Assembly (NCBI GenBank): GCA_945877765.1
Contig: CAMDWQ010000007.1
Span: forward strand, 23,024-87,023
DNA length: 64,000 bases
Direction: 5' to 3'
Source of the DNA: Candidatus Omnitrophota bacterium
GTDB lineage: Bacteria; Omnitrophota; Gorgyraeia; 2-02-FULL-51-18
Part shown: piece after piece, positions 39,313 to 48,236 of the stretch
Numbering within the stretch: position 1 is the first letter of the stretch
Layout: every line of letters starts with the position of its first letter
Made by a program: the position numbers and the translations under genes
The notes under the pieces: generated by a model
What the model saw: only the letters and a program-made list of their open reading frames with translations
What the model was told of the DNA's origin: nothing
The model's database searches: none

Positions 39313-40191
39313 TTGAAACTTTTTTCGCCGGCAAAAATTAATTTATTCCTAAAAATTTTGTCTCGGCGCGCCGACGGGTATCATGAGCTTGAAACACTTT
39401 TTGAGCGCATCAGCCTTGGGGATACGATATTTCTTAAAACGATTCCCTCGGGGATTCGCCTCCAAACGAATGCCCGGAATATTCCTTCGGATTCTTCCAA
39501 TTTGGTTTGGCAAGCGGCAGATCTTCTCCAAAAACGCTATGGCGTCAAGAAAGGCGTCGCCATTCGCCTGGTCAAAAGAATTCCTGTGGCGGCAGGCCTA
39601 GGCGGTGGGTCTAGCAATGCTGCGACTGTGCTCATGGGTTTAAACCGTCTATGGAAAATGAAGTTAAGCCGCAAGGAGCTACTGTCTCTTGCCGCCGAGA
39701 TTGGCAGTGACGTGCCTTTTTTTGTTTTGGACACTTCATTTGCAATAGGAAAGGGCCGGGGTGAGATTTTGAAAAAAATAAACCCACCCAAAGCGCCGAT
39801 TTGGCATTGTTTGGTCAAGCCGCCCTTTGGAATTTCGACAAAAGAAGCTTACCAGGGCCTCTCCAAGCACTTAAAAGCCTCCCCGAAGCAGAAGTTGACA
39901 CCCCTTAGAGCCAATGTTAATATGCTACTCCACTCTATTCAAAAGGGCGATCAAGAGCGTGTCAAAAGGCTTTTGACTAATAGTCTGGAAGTCTATTTAG
40001 ATAAAAGACTTACATCAATTTTAAAAATTAAAAGTGAGTTGATCCGGCAGGGGGCTTTTGTCAGTCTCATGTCAGGGAGCGGCTCCACTGTTTTTGGTCT
40101 TTTTCGTTCAAAGCTCGAAGCAGCGCGCGCGGCAAAAATTCTAAAGAAAATAAACAAGACCTGGAAAGTTTTTATCGCATCGACCTGGTAG
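39313..40191 (+). CDS. ispE: 4-diphosphocytidyl-2-C-methyl-D-erythritol kinase
   Basis: MKLFSPAKINLFLKI...GHKM-family ATP motif PVAAGLGGGSSNAA. Confidence 0.9.
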   Translation: MKLFSPAKINLFLKILSRRADGYHELETLFERISLGDTIFLKTIPSGIRLQTNARNIPSDSSNLVWQAADLLQKRYGVKKGVAIRLVKRIPVAAGLGGGSSNAATVLMGLNRLWKMKLSRKELLSLAAEIGSDVPFFVLDTSFAIGKGRGEILKKINPPKAPIWHCLVKPPFGISTKEAYQGLSKHLKASPKQKLTPLRANVNMLLHSIQKGDQERVKRLLTNSLEVYLDKRLTSILKIKSELIRQGAFVSLMSGSGSTVFGLFRSKLEAARAAKILKKINKTWKVFIASTW

Positions 40192-40200
40192 CCATTTTTT

Positions 40201-40271
40201 TGCCCTGTGGTGTAACGGTAGCACACGGCCCTTTGGAGGCCAGAGTCATGGTTCGAATCCATGCGGGGCAG
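40201..40271 (+). tRNA. tRNA-Gln (anticodon UUG)
   Basis: Cloverleaf folds by hand: acceptor TGCCCTG/CGGGGCA with U1-A72 and discriminator G73 (Gln identity), U8, D-stem GTGT/GCAC with G18G19, anticodon loop C-U-UUG-G-A, T-arm CATGG-TTCGAAT-CCATG. No encoded CCA. Confidence 0.8.
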
Positions 40272-40341
40272 AATACTGAATGGCTTGAGTCGAATTCTGT
40301 TTGGCAGTTATTGACAGGGTTTCGTTGTTTAGGGTGTTTAT

Positions 40342-41361
40342 ATGAAAAAAATAATCCGACCAATTGAATACGGTAATTTTCTAAATGAAGTTAAGGCTCG
40401 TATTCGAGCTGCCCAATACGAAGCTTTAAAAAAGGTTAACAAAGAGCTTATTGGCCTTTATTGGGACATTGGGAAGATGATAATTATTCGCCAAAAGAAG
40501 CATGAGTGGGGCAAAGCAATTGTAGAAAACCTCGCGGCGGATTTACAAGCAGAATTCCCCGGCGTTCGCGGGTATTCGGCGCAAAATTTGTGGTATATGA
40601 GGCAATTTTATCAAGAATATGCGGGCAACAAGAATCTCCAACCACTGGTTGGAGAAATCAGTTGGGCTCATCATTTGGTTATTATGAGCAAAATAAAGAA
40701 TCCGTTGGAGCGGGAATTCTATATTCGTATGACGAAGCGCATGGGCTGGACTAAAAATGTTCTCATCCATCAGATTGAGAGCAAGACATATGAAAAAACT
40801 TTTACAAATCAGACCAATTTTAAGAAAACACTTCCCGCTAAAATAGGTGATCAAGCAAAGCTGGCAGTCAAAGATGAGTACACATTCGATTTTCTTGAAT
40901 TAGGCGAAGAACACAGTGAGATGGAGCTTGAACGGTCGCTGGTCGCCAAAGTGAACCATTTTCTTATTGAAATGGGCGGAGCGTTCGCTTTTATGGGAAA
41001 CCAGTTCCGGCTCGACATAGACGGGAACGAATATTTCATTGATATTCTTCTCTATCATCGCAGATTGAGGTGTCTCATTGCTGTGGAATTGAAGGTCGGA
41101 GAATTCAAGCCGGAGTTTGTTGGGAAGATGCAGTTTTATCTGGCGGCGTTGGACAGCAAAGTGAAAGCCAAATATGAGAACCCATCAATCGGTATCATTG
41201 TCTGTAAGGAGAAGAAAAGGACCATTGTGGAATACGCACTCAAAGAAAGCAAAAAACCGATAGCGGTAGCACAGTATAAAATTATGACAAAACTGCCGAA
41301 AGCTTTGAGGAAAGAACTTCCTGCGCCGGAACAGATCCAAAAGTTAATGGAAAGCATTTAA
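40342..41361 (+). CDS. YhcG/DUF1016-family PDDEXK nuclease
   Basis: 339 aa; the C-terminal IDILLYHRRLRCLIAVELKVGEFKPEFVGKMQFY matches the DUF1016 restriction-endonuclease-like core (D...ELK...QxxxY). Confidence 0.65.
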   Translation: MKKIIRPIEYGNFLNEVKARIRAAQYEALKKVNKELIGLYWDIGKMIIIRQKKHEWGKAIVENLAADLQAEFPGVRGYSAQNLWYMRQFYQEYAGNKNLQPLVGEISWAHHLVIMSKIKNPLEREFYIRMTKRMGWTKNVLIHQIESKTYEKTFTNQTNFKKTLPAKIGDQAKLAVKDEYTFDFLELGEEHSEMELERSLVAKVNHFLIEMGGAFAFMGNQFRLDIDGNEYFIDILLYHRRLRCLIAVELKVGEFKPEFVGKMQFYLAALDSKVKAKYENPSIGIIVCKEKKRTIVEYALKESKKPIAVAQYKIMTKLPKALRKELPAPEQIQKLMESI

Positions 41362-42657
41362 ATGCAAAAATGTTCGTTTTGTCAAAAAGCGCTCAAGGGT
41401 CATGAGAAAATTTTCTCAGGACCGGATGTGCTTATTTGCGAAGACTGCGTGAAGTTTTGCCATGACACGCTCAATCGAACCGGTGCCATGCCATCCAAGG
41501 ACGCCAAAGAGTCAAAAGATCCTAAGGATTTAAAGGTAGCTCCACCGCTTCCTACTTTGAAGCTTGAAGAACTTCCCAAGCCGGTGGATATTAAAAAAAC
41601 TTTGGATGATTACGTCATCGGTCAGGAAGACACCAAGAAAAAACTTTCGGTGAGCGTCTACAATCACTATAAGAGAATTTTATCCCGCACCGATACCCAG
41701 GAAGTGGAGCTTGAAAAATCCAATGTTCTTTTGATTGGGCCAACGGGTTGCGGAAAAACACTTTTGGCGCGGACGATGGCAAGAATTTTAAAAGTGCCTT
41801 TTGCGATTTGCGATGCCACGACGTTGACGCAGGCAGGCTATGTCGGGGACGATGTGGAGAATGTGATCCAACGGCTTTTGCAGGATGCCAAGTATGACAT
41901 CCCGCGCGCGGAAATGGGAATTGTTTATATTGATGAAATCGACAAAATTGGAAAGACTTCTGAGAATGTCTCTATTACCCGCGATGTTTCAGGAGAGGGT
42001 GTCCAGCAAGCGCTTTTGAAAATTCTTGAAGGCACCAAAGCGAGCGTGCCTCCCCAAGGCGGCCGCAAACATCCTCAAGCAGAAAATCTTTCGGTGGATA
42101 CGACAAATATTCTTTTTATTTGCGGAGGGACTTTTAGCTCACTAGATGAAATTATCAAACGCCGGCTGGGCAAAGGCGAGATTGGTTTTCGCGGTACCGG
42201 CAAAGCGCACCCAGTTTATCAGGTTCAAGACTCCTCACAATCACTGATACGTTTAGTGGAGACGGAAGATTTGGTGAAGTTTGGGATCATCCCCGAATTT
42301 ATCGGGCGCTTTCCTATTGTCTCTACTCTCGACAAGCTGGGCGAGAAGGAACTTCTGGATGTCTTGAGTAAACCCAAAAATGCATTGGTCAAACAATTTC
42401 AGAAACTTTTTGAGATTGAAGGGGTGCGCCTGACCTTGACCCCAGAAGCGCTCCTAGAAATCGTCAAAGAAGCAGCCAAAAAAGGCACCGGCGCCAGGGG
42501 ATTAAGAGCTATTTTAGAGAGCGTGATGCTGGACGTGATGTACGAGCTGCCTTCTCTTGAGGGAATTCAAGAATGTGTCGTGGAGCGGCAAACCGTTTTA
42601 AATCGTGAATATCCGCAGTTATTGGATAAAAAAGGCGAGGCCCGCAAAATTGCGTAA
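41362..42657 (+). CDS. clpX: ATP-dependent Clp protease ATP-binding subunit ClpX
   Basis: N-terminal C4 zinc finger (CSFCQK...CEDC), Walker [13 protein letters not shown] pore loop; no clpP adjacent. Confidence 0.93.
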   Translation: MQKCSFCQKALKGHEKIFSGPDVLICEDCVKFCHDTLNRTGAMPSKDAKESKDPKDLKVAPPLPTLKLEELPKPVDIKKTLDDYVIGQEDTKKKLSVSVYNHYKRILSRTDTQEVELEKSNVLLIGPTGCGKTLLARTMARILKVPFAICDATTLTQAGYVGDDVENVIQRLLQDAKYDIPRAEMGIVYIDEIDKIGKTSENVSITRDVSGEGVQQALLKILEGTKASVPPQGGRKHPQAENLSVDTTNILFICGGTFSSLDEIIKRRLGKGEIGFRGTGKAHPVYQVQDSSQSLIRLVETEDLVKFGIIPEFIGRFPIVSTLDKLGEKELLDVLSKPKNALVKQFQKLFEIEGVRLTLTPEALLEIVKEAAKKGTGARGLRAILESVMLDVMYELPSLEGIQECVVERQTVLNREYPQLLDKKGEARKIA

Positions 42658-43939
42658 AGCAGCCATTATCTTGGCGGCGGGAAAAGGGACACGGCTTCGG
42701 TCAATACTTCCTAAAGCGCTGCATCCGATTTGTGGAAAACCGATGCTCGGGTATTTGGTGGAGCGTGCGCGCGTTGCCGGTTGTGAAAAAATTGTGGTGG
42801 TTGGCGGATACAAGATCGAATTGGTGCGGGAATATTTGAAGTCACTGGGACTGGGCGCTTCTTTGGTTTGCGTCGAGCAGAAAGAGCAGCTGGGAAGCGG
42901 ACATGCGGTGCAGCAGGCGGCACGGGCGCTTAAAAATTTCCAAGGCGCGGTGTTTGTATTTTATTGCGATACGCCCCTTATTAGTCAGGCGACCGTCAAA
43001 GAGCTTTTTAAAAATTATTCGTCCGAAAAAACTGATTGCACGCTCTTATCGGTGGAATTAAAACAGCCTTTTGGTTATGGGCGGGTCCAGCGAGGACCCA
43101 GCGCGGAAGTGGTGAAGATCATCGAGGAGAACGACGCGACTAGTGATGAGAAAAATATCCGTGAAATCAATGTCGGTTGTTACGTATTTTCAGCGGTGCG
43201 CCTTTTTGAGGGGCTTAAAAAAATCAAAAAGAACCCGCAGAAAAAAGAATACTACCTGACGGACATCGTTGAGATTTTTTCTCAAAGCGGCAAAGTCGGT
43301 GCGGTGATCACGGCGGACGCGAAGGAAGTTTTGGGAGTTAATTCTCAAAAAGATCTCGCCCGGGTCGAAGAAATTGCGCAAAAAAGGATTTTGGACGGCT
43401 GGATGGACAAGGGAGTTCGCATCCGTTGCCCTAAAACCGTGACCATTGACGCGGACGTGAGGATAGGGCAAGATACTACGGTTATGCCCCATACGGTCCT
43501 TGAGCAAGGCTCGGTCATAGGCCGGGGCTGTAAGCTGGGGCCTTTCGCGCGTATCCGTGGCAACTCCCGGGTTGGCAATCACGTCGTGGTCGGAAATTTT
43601 GTTGAACTGGTACGCACTACCCTTGGGGATCATACCCAAGTGAAGCATCTTTCCTATTTGGGAGATGCCTCGGTTGGCGCCTACGTCAATATTGGCGCGG
43701 GGACGATTACCGCCAATTATGACGGGAAGAATAAACACCAGACGGTGATTAGGGATCGAGCGAGTGTTGGTAGCGGCACGATTTTGGTGGCGCCGGTGGT
43801 GGTAGGGCGCGCGGCGGTGACCGGAGCGGGTGCGGTGGTGACCAGGCGCAATAATGTGCCCGATCGCGCCTTGGTAGTGGGAGTGCCTGCGCGGATTATT
43901 ACTAAACGTCATCTTAAACGTCATCCCCGAAATCTTTAA
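42650..43939 (+). CDS. glmU: bifunctional UDP-N-acetylglucosamine pyrophosphorylase / glucosamine-1-phosphate N-acetyltransferase
   Basis: TTG start giving [16 protein letters not shown], overlapping the clpX stop; C-terminal left-handed beta-helix hexapeptides. The last ~8 codons (RHPRNL) lie in repeat B7. Confidence 0.88.
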   Translation: MRKAAIILAAGKGTRLRSILPKALHPICGKPMLGYLVERARVAGCEKIVVVGGYKIELVREYLKSLGLGASLVCVEQKEQLGSGHAVQQAARALKNFQGAVFVFYCDTPLISQATVKELFKNYSSEKTDCTLLSVELKQPFGYGRVQRGPSAEVVKIIEENDATSDEKNIREINVGCYVFSAVRLFEGLKKIKKNPQKKEYYLTDIVEIFSQSGKVGAVITADAKEVLGVNSQKDLARVEEIAQKRILDGWMDKGVRIRCPKTVTIDADVRIGQDTTVMPHTVLEQGSVIGRGCKLGPFARIRGNSRVGNHVVVGNFVELVRTTLGDHTQVKHLSYLGDASVGAYVNIGAGTITANYDGKNKHQTVIRDRASVGSGTILVAPVVVGRAAVTGAGAVVTRRNNVPDRALVVGVPARIITKRHLKRHPRNL

Positions 43940-44040
43940 TCGGGGATCATGTTAAGGTTTGATTCCCGATAAATATTTTCGGGAATGACAGGGTTAGAAA
44001 ATTAAGGTTTGATTCCCGATAAGTAATTTCGGGAATGACA
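43919..44040. repeat. Family B repeat, copy B7 (1.5 copies)
   Basis: cgtcatccccgaaatctttaatcggggatcatgttaaggtttgattcccgataaatattttcgggaatgacagg ... ggtttgattcccgataagtaatttcgggaatgacagg. Confidence 0.85.
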
Positions 44041-44053
44041 GGAAAAGGATAAA

Positions 44054-44992
44054 ATGAACGGCGAACTTAAAATTTTTTCAGGAAATGCGAATATCGATTT
44101 GGCGAAAAAAATTGCCAAGTGCTTGGGCAAGCCTCTGGGTGATGTGCTGGTCGGGACTTTCAGCGAAGGCGAGATTCGCGTGAAAATCAATGAGGATGTT
44201 CGCGGACGCGATGTGTTTATCGTCCAGCCCACTTGCCCGCCCACCAATAACAACTTGATGGAGCTTTTAATCATGATGGACGCGGTCAAGCGCGCCTCGG
44301 CACGCCGCATCACGGCGGTAATGCCTTATTTTGGTTATGCGCGCCAGGATAGAAAAGACCAGCCGCGCGTTCCCATCACGGCAAAGTTGGTTGCTAATAT
44401 TCTTGTCGAAGCGGGTGCTGACCGGGTGTTGACGATGGATTTGCATGCCAGTCAGATTCAGGGATTTTTTGATATTCCCCTCGATCATCTCTTTGCCGTG
44501 AATGTAATTGTGGATTATTTTAAGAAAAAAAAGATGAAGGACCTGGTGGTTGCCTCTCCGGACGTTGGCGGCATCAAGATGGCCCGTGCCTATGCCAAGA
44601 GACTCGGGGCTGACCTTGTGGTTGTGGACAAACGCCGCATCGATGACAAGCACACCGAGACGATGAACATCCTCGGTGAAGTGAAGGGAAAAAATATTGT
44701 GATCGTGGATGATCTTGTCGCGACGGCAAGCTCCATGTGTGAAGCGGCGGCGGCTCTTAAGAAGGCCGGAGGGCTTAAAATTTTTGCCGCGGTGTCTCAT
44801 CCGATTCTTTCTGGGCCCGCCATCGAGCGGATTCGGAAGTCACCGATTGAGGAATTTGTGGTGACGGACAGCATTCCGTTGACCGCGGAGAAAAAGGACC
44901 CCGTATTTAAGGTTTTATCGATAGCAGAACTTTTGGCAGAAGCGATCAAAAGAATTCACGATGAAGAATCAGTGAGTAGTTTATTTAATTAG
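44054..44992 (+). CDS. prs: ribose-phosphate pyrophosphokinase
   Basis: MNGELKIFSGNANIDLAKKIA...PYFGYARQDRK, PRPP-binding loop DDLVATASS. Confidence 0.93.
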   Translation: MNGELKIFSGNANIDLAKKIAKCLGKPLGDVLVGTFSEGEIRVKINEDVRGRDVFIVQPTCPPTNNNLMELLIMMDAVKRASARRITAVMPYFGYARQDRKDQPRVPITAKLVANILVEAGADRVLTMDLHASQIQGFFDIPLDHLFAVNVIVDYFKKKKMKDLVVASPDVGGIKMARAYAKRLGADLVVVDKRRIDDKHTETMNILGEVKGKNIVIVDDLVATASSMCEAAAALKKAGGLKIFAAVSHPILSGPAIERIRKSPIEEFVVTDSIPLTAEKKDPVFKVLSIAELLAEAIKRIHDEESVSSLFN

Positions 44993-45022
44993 AAACGGAA
45001 TTCTATAACATAACTCAAAAAC

Positions 45023-45095
45023 GTCATTCCCGAAATCTTTAATCGGGAATCAAACTCAAGACGTGATCCCCGATTAAAGATTTCGGGGATGACAG
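45023..45095. repeat. Family B repeat, copy B8
   Basis: gtcattcccgaaatctttaatcgggaatcaaactcaagacgtgatccccgattaaagatttcggggatgacag. Confidence 0.85.
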
Positions 45096-45137
45096 CGTGG
45101 AGTTTCAGGGATGACGGGATGAAAAGGAAGGTAGCCA

Positions 45138-45836
45138 ATGGAACAGATCAATTTAAAAGCCTCTGTAAGAGATGAGCGAGGCAAAGAAAAAGTTAAAAAA
45201 ATGCGCAGTGAGGGTTTTGTGCCCGGAATTGTGTATCATCGCGGCGAAGAACCTGTTGCGATTTCGCTCAATAACCGTGAGATATCAAAAATCATTCACG
45301 ATGCTGCCGGCGAAAATGTGCTGATCAATCTTACGATTGAACAAGAGAAGAAGAAGGCCCGCTTAGCGATCATCAAAGAAATCCAGTATGAGCCAGTCAA
45401 GCGCCACATTCTTCATGTGGATTTCAACGAGATTTCGCTGAAGGAGAAACTCACCGTGGAAGTGGAAGTGGTTGCCAAGGGCGAGCCGATCGGCGTCAAA
45501 CAAGACGGCGGCGTCATGGATCACCCTGTTCGCCTATTGAGAGTTTCCTGTTTGCCGATGGATATTCCCAAGCACATCGACGTGGATGTTTCTGGATTGG
45601 GACTGAACCAATCGATTCATATAAGCGATTTAGTTCTTTCAGATAAAATTCAAATCCTTAACGATCCCAGCACACTTCTTTTCCACGTGAAGCTGCCGGT
45701 AGAGGTCAAGGCCGACGATCCGTTGGCTGTGGCGCCTGAACTTGAAGTGCTCCGCGAGAAGAAGGAAGACGAAACGAAGGCGGGTGAAGGCAAGAAGGAA
45801 GAGCCTAAGAAAGAAGCTAAGGCGGAGAAGAAATAG
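45138..45836 (+). CDS. rplY: 50S ribosomal protein bL25 / general stress protein Ctc (long form)
   Basis: MEQINLKASVRDERGKEKVKKMRSEGFVPGIVY...; acidic/Lys-rich C-terminal extension. Confidence 0.88.
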   Translation: MEQINLKASVRDERGKEKVKKMRSEGFVPGIVYHRGEEPVAISLNNREISKIIHDAAGENVLINLTIEQEKKKARLAIIKEIQYEPVKRHILHVDFNEISLKEKLTVEVEVVAKGEPIGVKQDGGVMDHPVRLLRVSCLPMDIPKHIDVDVSGLGLNQSIHISDLVLSDKIQILNDPSTLLFHVKLPVEVKADDPLAVAPELEVLREKKEDETKAGEGKKEEPKKEAKAEKK

Positions 45837-45843
45837 CTTTCGA

Positions 45844-45927
45844 TGTCATCCCCGAAATTTTTTATCGGGGATCATACCTGAGTTTGATTCCCGATTAGAG
45901 ATTTCGGGAATGACATGGGAATGACAG
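45844..45927. repeat. Family B repeat, copy B9
   Basis: gtcatccccgaaattttttatcggggatcatacctgagtttgattcccgattagagatttcgggaatgacatgggaatgacag. Confidence 0.85.
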
Positions 45928-45944
45928 TTTAGAGAGGTGTTCTT

Positions 45945-46526
45945 ATTTATAAGAAATTTGTCATCGGCATAGGAAATGATGATAATAAATATACAGGGAC
46001 AAGACATAATATAGGCTTTGCAATTGTAGATTCTCTCTGGGCAAAGAGGGATTCTCAATTAGCTTCTAAATGGAAAGATGCAAAACATCTCAAAGCATGG
46101 TTGGCTGGATTTAATCAAGATGTTGCGTTGATAAAGCCGCAATATTTTGTCAATAATACCGGCGGTGCGGTTGTAGCTTTGGTTGAGAATTATAAGCCCG
46201 ACTTCAAAAACATTTTATTTGTTTACGATGATGTCAATCTTGAGTTTGGAAAATTAAGGTTACGTTCATCGGGAAGCGCTGGCGGACATCACGGACTTGA
46301 GTCAGTTATCAATGACTTGAATTCAGAAGAGTTTCCCAGACTAAGAATTGGTATTAAAAATGAAAATATGCCGCAAGATTTGACGAATTTTGTTTTGGCA
46401 AAATTTTCTGAAAAAGAACAAAATGAATACCCAGAAATTATTAATAAAGCGGTATCGGTTTGTGAAGATTGGATCAACAATGGTTTTGACGCTGCTGTAA
46501 AAAAGCTGAGTCAATTACAGGGATAA
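45945..46526 (+). CDS. pth: peptidyl-tRNA hydrolase (no canonical start codon; possible ATT start or 5'-disrupted)
   Basis: Frame translates (I)YKKFVIGIGNDDNKYTGTRHNIGF...DDVNLEFGKLRLRSSGSAGGHHGLES... after an in-frame TAG at ~45930. The first ATG/GTG/TTG is at 46101 (the track ORF), far inside the conserved N-terminus. Repeat B9 abuts the 5' end. Confidence 0.7.
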   Translation: MYKKFVIGIGNDDNKYTGTRHNIGFAIVDSLWAKRDSQLASKWKDAKHLKAWLAGFNQDVALIKPQYFVNNTGGAVVALVENYKPDFKNILFVYDDVNLEFGKLRLRSSGSAGGHHGLESVINDLNSEEFPRLRIGIKNENMPQDLTNFVLAKFSEKEQNEYPEIINKAVSVCEDWINNGFDAAVKKLSQLQG

Positions 46527-46535
46527 AAAAAGAAG

Positions 46536-46609
46536 TCCATTCGACGCGGCCTCCGGCCTTGCTCAGGATTAATGGTGAGCAAGCGAAGCGCGTCGAACCA
46601 AAAGGAGAA
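46536..46609 (+). promoter_or_regulatory. structured 5' leader of rpsF (candidate S6:S18 autoregulatory element)
   Basis: Outer stem ttcgacgcg/cgcgtcgaa enclosing hairpins ggcctccggcc and ttgctca-ggattaatgg-tgagcaa; ends 5 nt before the AAAGGAG SD. Confidence 0.45.
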
Positions 46610-46612
46610 GCA

Positions 46613-46903
46613 ATGGTTAATTACGAAGGTGTGTTTATTTTAGATCCCGATTTGTCGGCGGATGCCTCTAAGGCGCTGGTAACTCAAATCCAGGATCTGG
46701 TGACAAAAAATGGCGGTCGTATAGATGGCTTGCAGGACTGGGGCAAAAAACGCCTGGCCTATGAAGTCAAGAAAAAACAGGATGGTGTCTACATCATTTT
46801 GAATTTTCAATTAGATTCGATGTCAGCCAAAAAACTCGATCAGTCTTTGCGCTTGAACGACAGTATCATGCGTTTTCTGATGGTCAACAAGGATAATCTT
46901 TAA
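46613..46903 (+). CDS. rpsF: 30S ribosomal protein bS6
   Basis: MVNYEGVFILDPDLSADASKALVTQIQDLV...; the track ORF N-extension (MLRINGEQ...) is leader read-through. Confidence 0.9.
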   Translation: MVNYEGVFILDPDLSADASKALVTQIQDLVTKNGGRIDGLQDWGKKRLAYEVKKKQDGVYIILNFQLDSMSAKKLDQSLRLNDSIMRFLMVNKDNL

Positions 46904-46942
46904 TGGTTCGACTCGGCTCACCACATATCCGGAGGCATTTTT

Positions 46943-47386
46943 ATGGCCAACCTAAATAAAGCGCTTCTTATCGGTAATTTGACGCGGGACCCTGAGATTC
47001 GTTATGTCCCGAGTGGTTCGGCGGTAGCGAGTTTTACTCTCGCGATGAATCGTGTTTATAAATTGCAGACCGGTGAGAAGAAAGAAGAAACAAGTTTTGT
47101 GCGCGTGGTGGTATGGGGCCGGCTCGCGGAAGTTTGCGGGGAATACCTAAAGAAGGGAAGCCCGGTATTTTGCGAAGGGCGCCTTCAGAGCCGCAGCTGG
47201 GACGGAGCCGATGGACAAAAGCGCAGCACGCTGGAAGTGATCGCGACGAATATCCAATTTTTGAAAAGTTCAGGACCCCAAGCCAAAGAGGCTGCGGAAA
47301 TGGGCTCAGGTAAAGAAGATCTGGGCGAAATTCAGCTGGATGAGCTTTCTGGCTCAGGCAAGAACGAAGACGAAGTGCCATTTTAA
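46943..47386 (+). CDS. ssb: single-stranded DNA-binding protein
   Basis: MANLNKALLIGNLTRDPEIRYVPSGSAVASFTLAMNR OB-fold; acidic tail ending DEVPF. Confidence 0.93.
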   Translation: MANLNKALLIGNLTRDPEIRYVPSGSAVASFTLAMNRVYKLQTGEKKEETSFVRVVVWGRLAEVCGEYLKKGSPVFCEGRLQSRSWDGADGQKRSTLEVIATNIQFLKSSGPQAKEAAEMGSGKEDLGEIQLDELSGSGKNEDEVPF

Positions 47387-47447
47387 TGGTGGTTCGACAG
47401 GCTCACCATTTATAATTTGACAGACAGACCTTACAAGGAGAAACAAA

Positions 47448-47708
47448 GTGTTTATTAAAAAGAAAATCGTTAAGAAAAAAGTTGATCCAAAAAAGAAGTT
47501 TATTAAGAAAAAAATATGCAAGTTTAAGCCCGAAGAAATCGAAACAATCGATTATAAGGACGTCAACCGCCTTCGCTATTTCATTACTGAGCGCGGAAAA
47601 ATCATCCCCGGTCGCATTTCAGGCGCGGGTGCTAAATCTCAAAGGTATTTGACTCGCCAGATTAAAAGAGCGCGGCAGATTGCGCTTTTACCGTTTGTGG
47701 CGGAGTAA
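47448..47708 (+). CDS. rpsR: 30S ribosomal protein bS18 (with Lys-rich N-terminal extension)
   Basis: ...[50 protein letters not shown]; GTG start. Confidence 0.9.
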   Translation: MFIKKKIVKKKVDPKKKFIKKKICKFKPEEIETIDYKDVNRLRYFITERGKIIPGRISGAGAKSQRYLTRQIKRARQIALLPFVAE

Positions 47709-47715
47709 GATTCAG

Positions 47716-47765
47716 ACCTTACAACCCCTCTGCCTTCGGCACCTCCCCTTCGAAAGGGGAGGAAA
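47716..47765. repeat. Family A half-repeat, copy A7
   Basis: ccttacaacccctctgccttcggcacctccccttcgaaaggggagg (second hairpin module only). Confidence 0.75.
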
Positions 47766-47783
47766 AATTGGGCTGGTTAATTC

Positions 47784-48236
47784 ATGAACATTGAAGTAGT
47801 CCTTCTACAAGACGATGCAAAATTAGGCAAACGCGGCGAAGTCGTGAAAGTTTCGTCGGGGTTTGCCCAGAATTTTCTTTATCCCCACCACAAAGCCAAA
47901 GCGGCAACCCCTGAAAACCTCAAAGCGTTTGAAGGGGAAAAAACGCGTCGTCTCAAAGAGGAGGCAGACCGTTTGTCGCGCGCTCAAGCGCTGGCTAAAC
48001 AACTAAAAGATTTGTCGTTGACGATTGAAGTCAGCGCCGGGGAAGGCGATAAATTGTACGGCGCCGTCAATTCTCAGGACATTGTCGAGGCGCTTGCCGG
48101 AAAAAATATCCTTTTGGAAAGAAAAGATGTGCATTTGGACGAGCCTATCAAGAAGCTCGGCACTTACCAGGCCCAAGTCAAGCTTCACCCGCAAATTTCA
48201 ACCGCGCTTAAAATCATGATCACCAAAAAAATATGA
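47784..48236 (+). CDS. rplI: 50S ribosomal protein bL9
   Basis: MNIEVVLLQDDAKLGKRGEVVKVSSGFAQNFLYP. Confidence 0.92.
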   Translation: MNIEVVLLQDDAKLGKRGEVVKVSSGFAQNFLYPHHKAKAATPENLKAFEGEKTRRLKEEADRLSRAQALAKQLKDLSLTIEVSAGEGDKLYGAVNSQDIVEALAGKNILLERKDVHLDEPIKKLGTYQAQVKLHPQISTALKIMITKKI

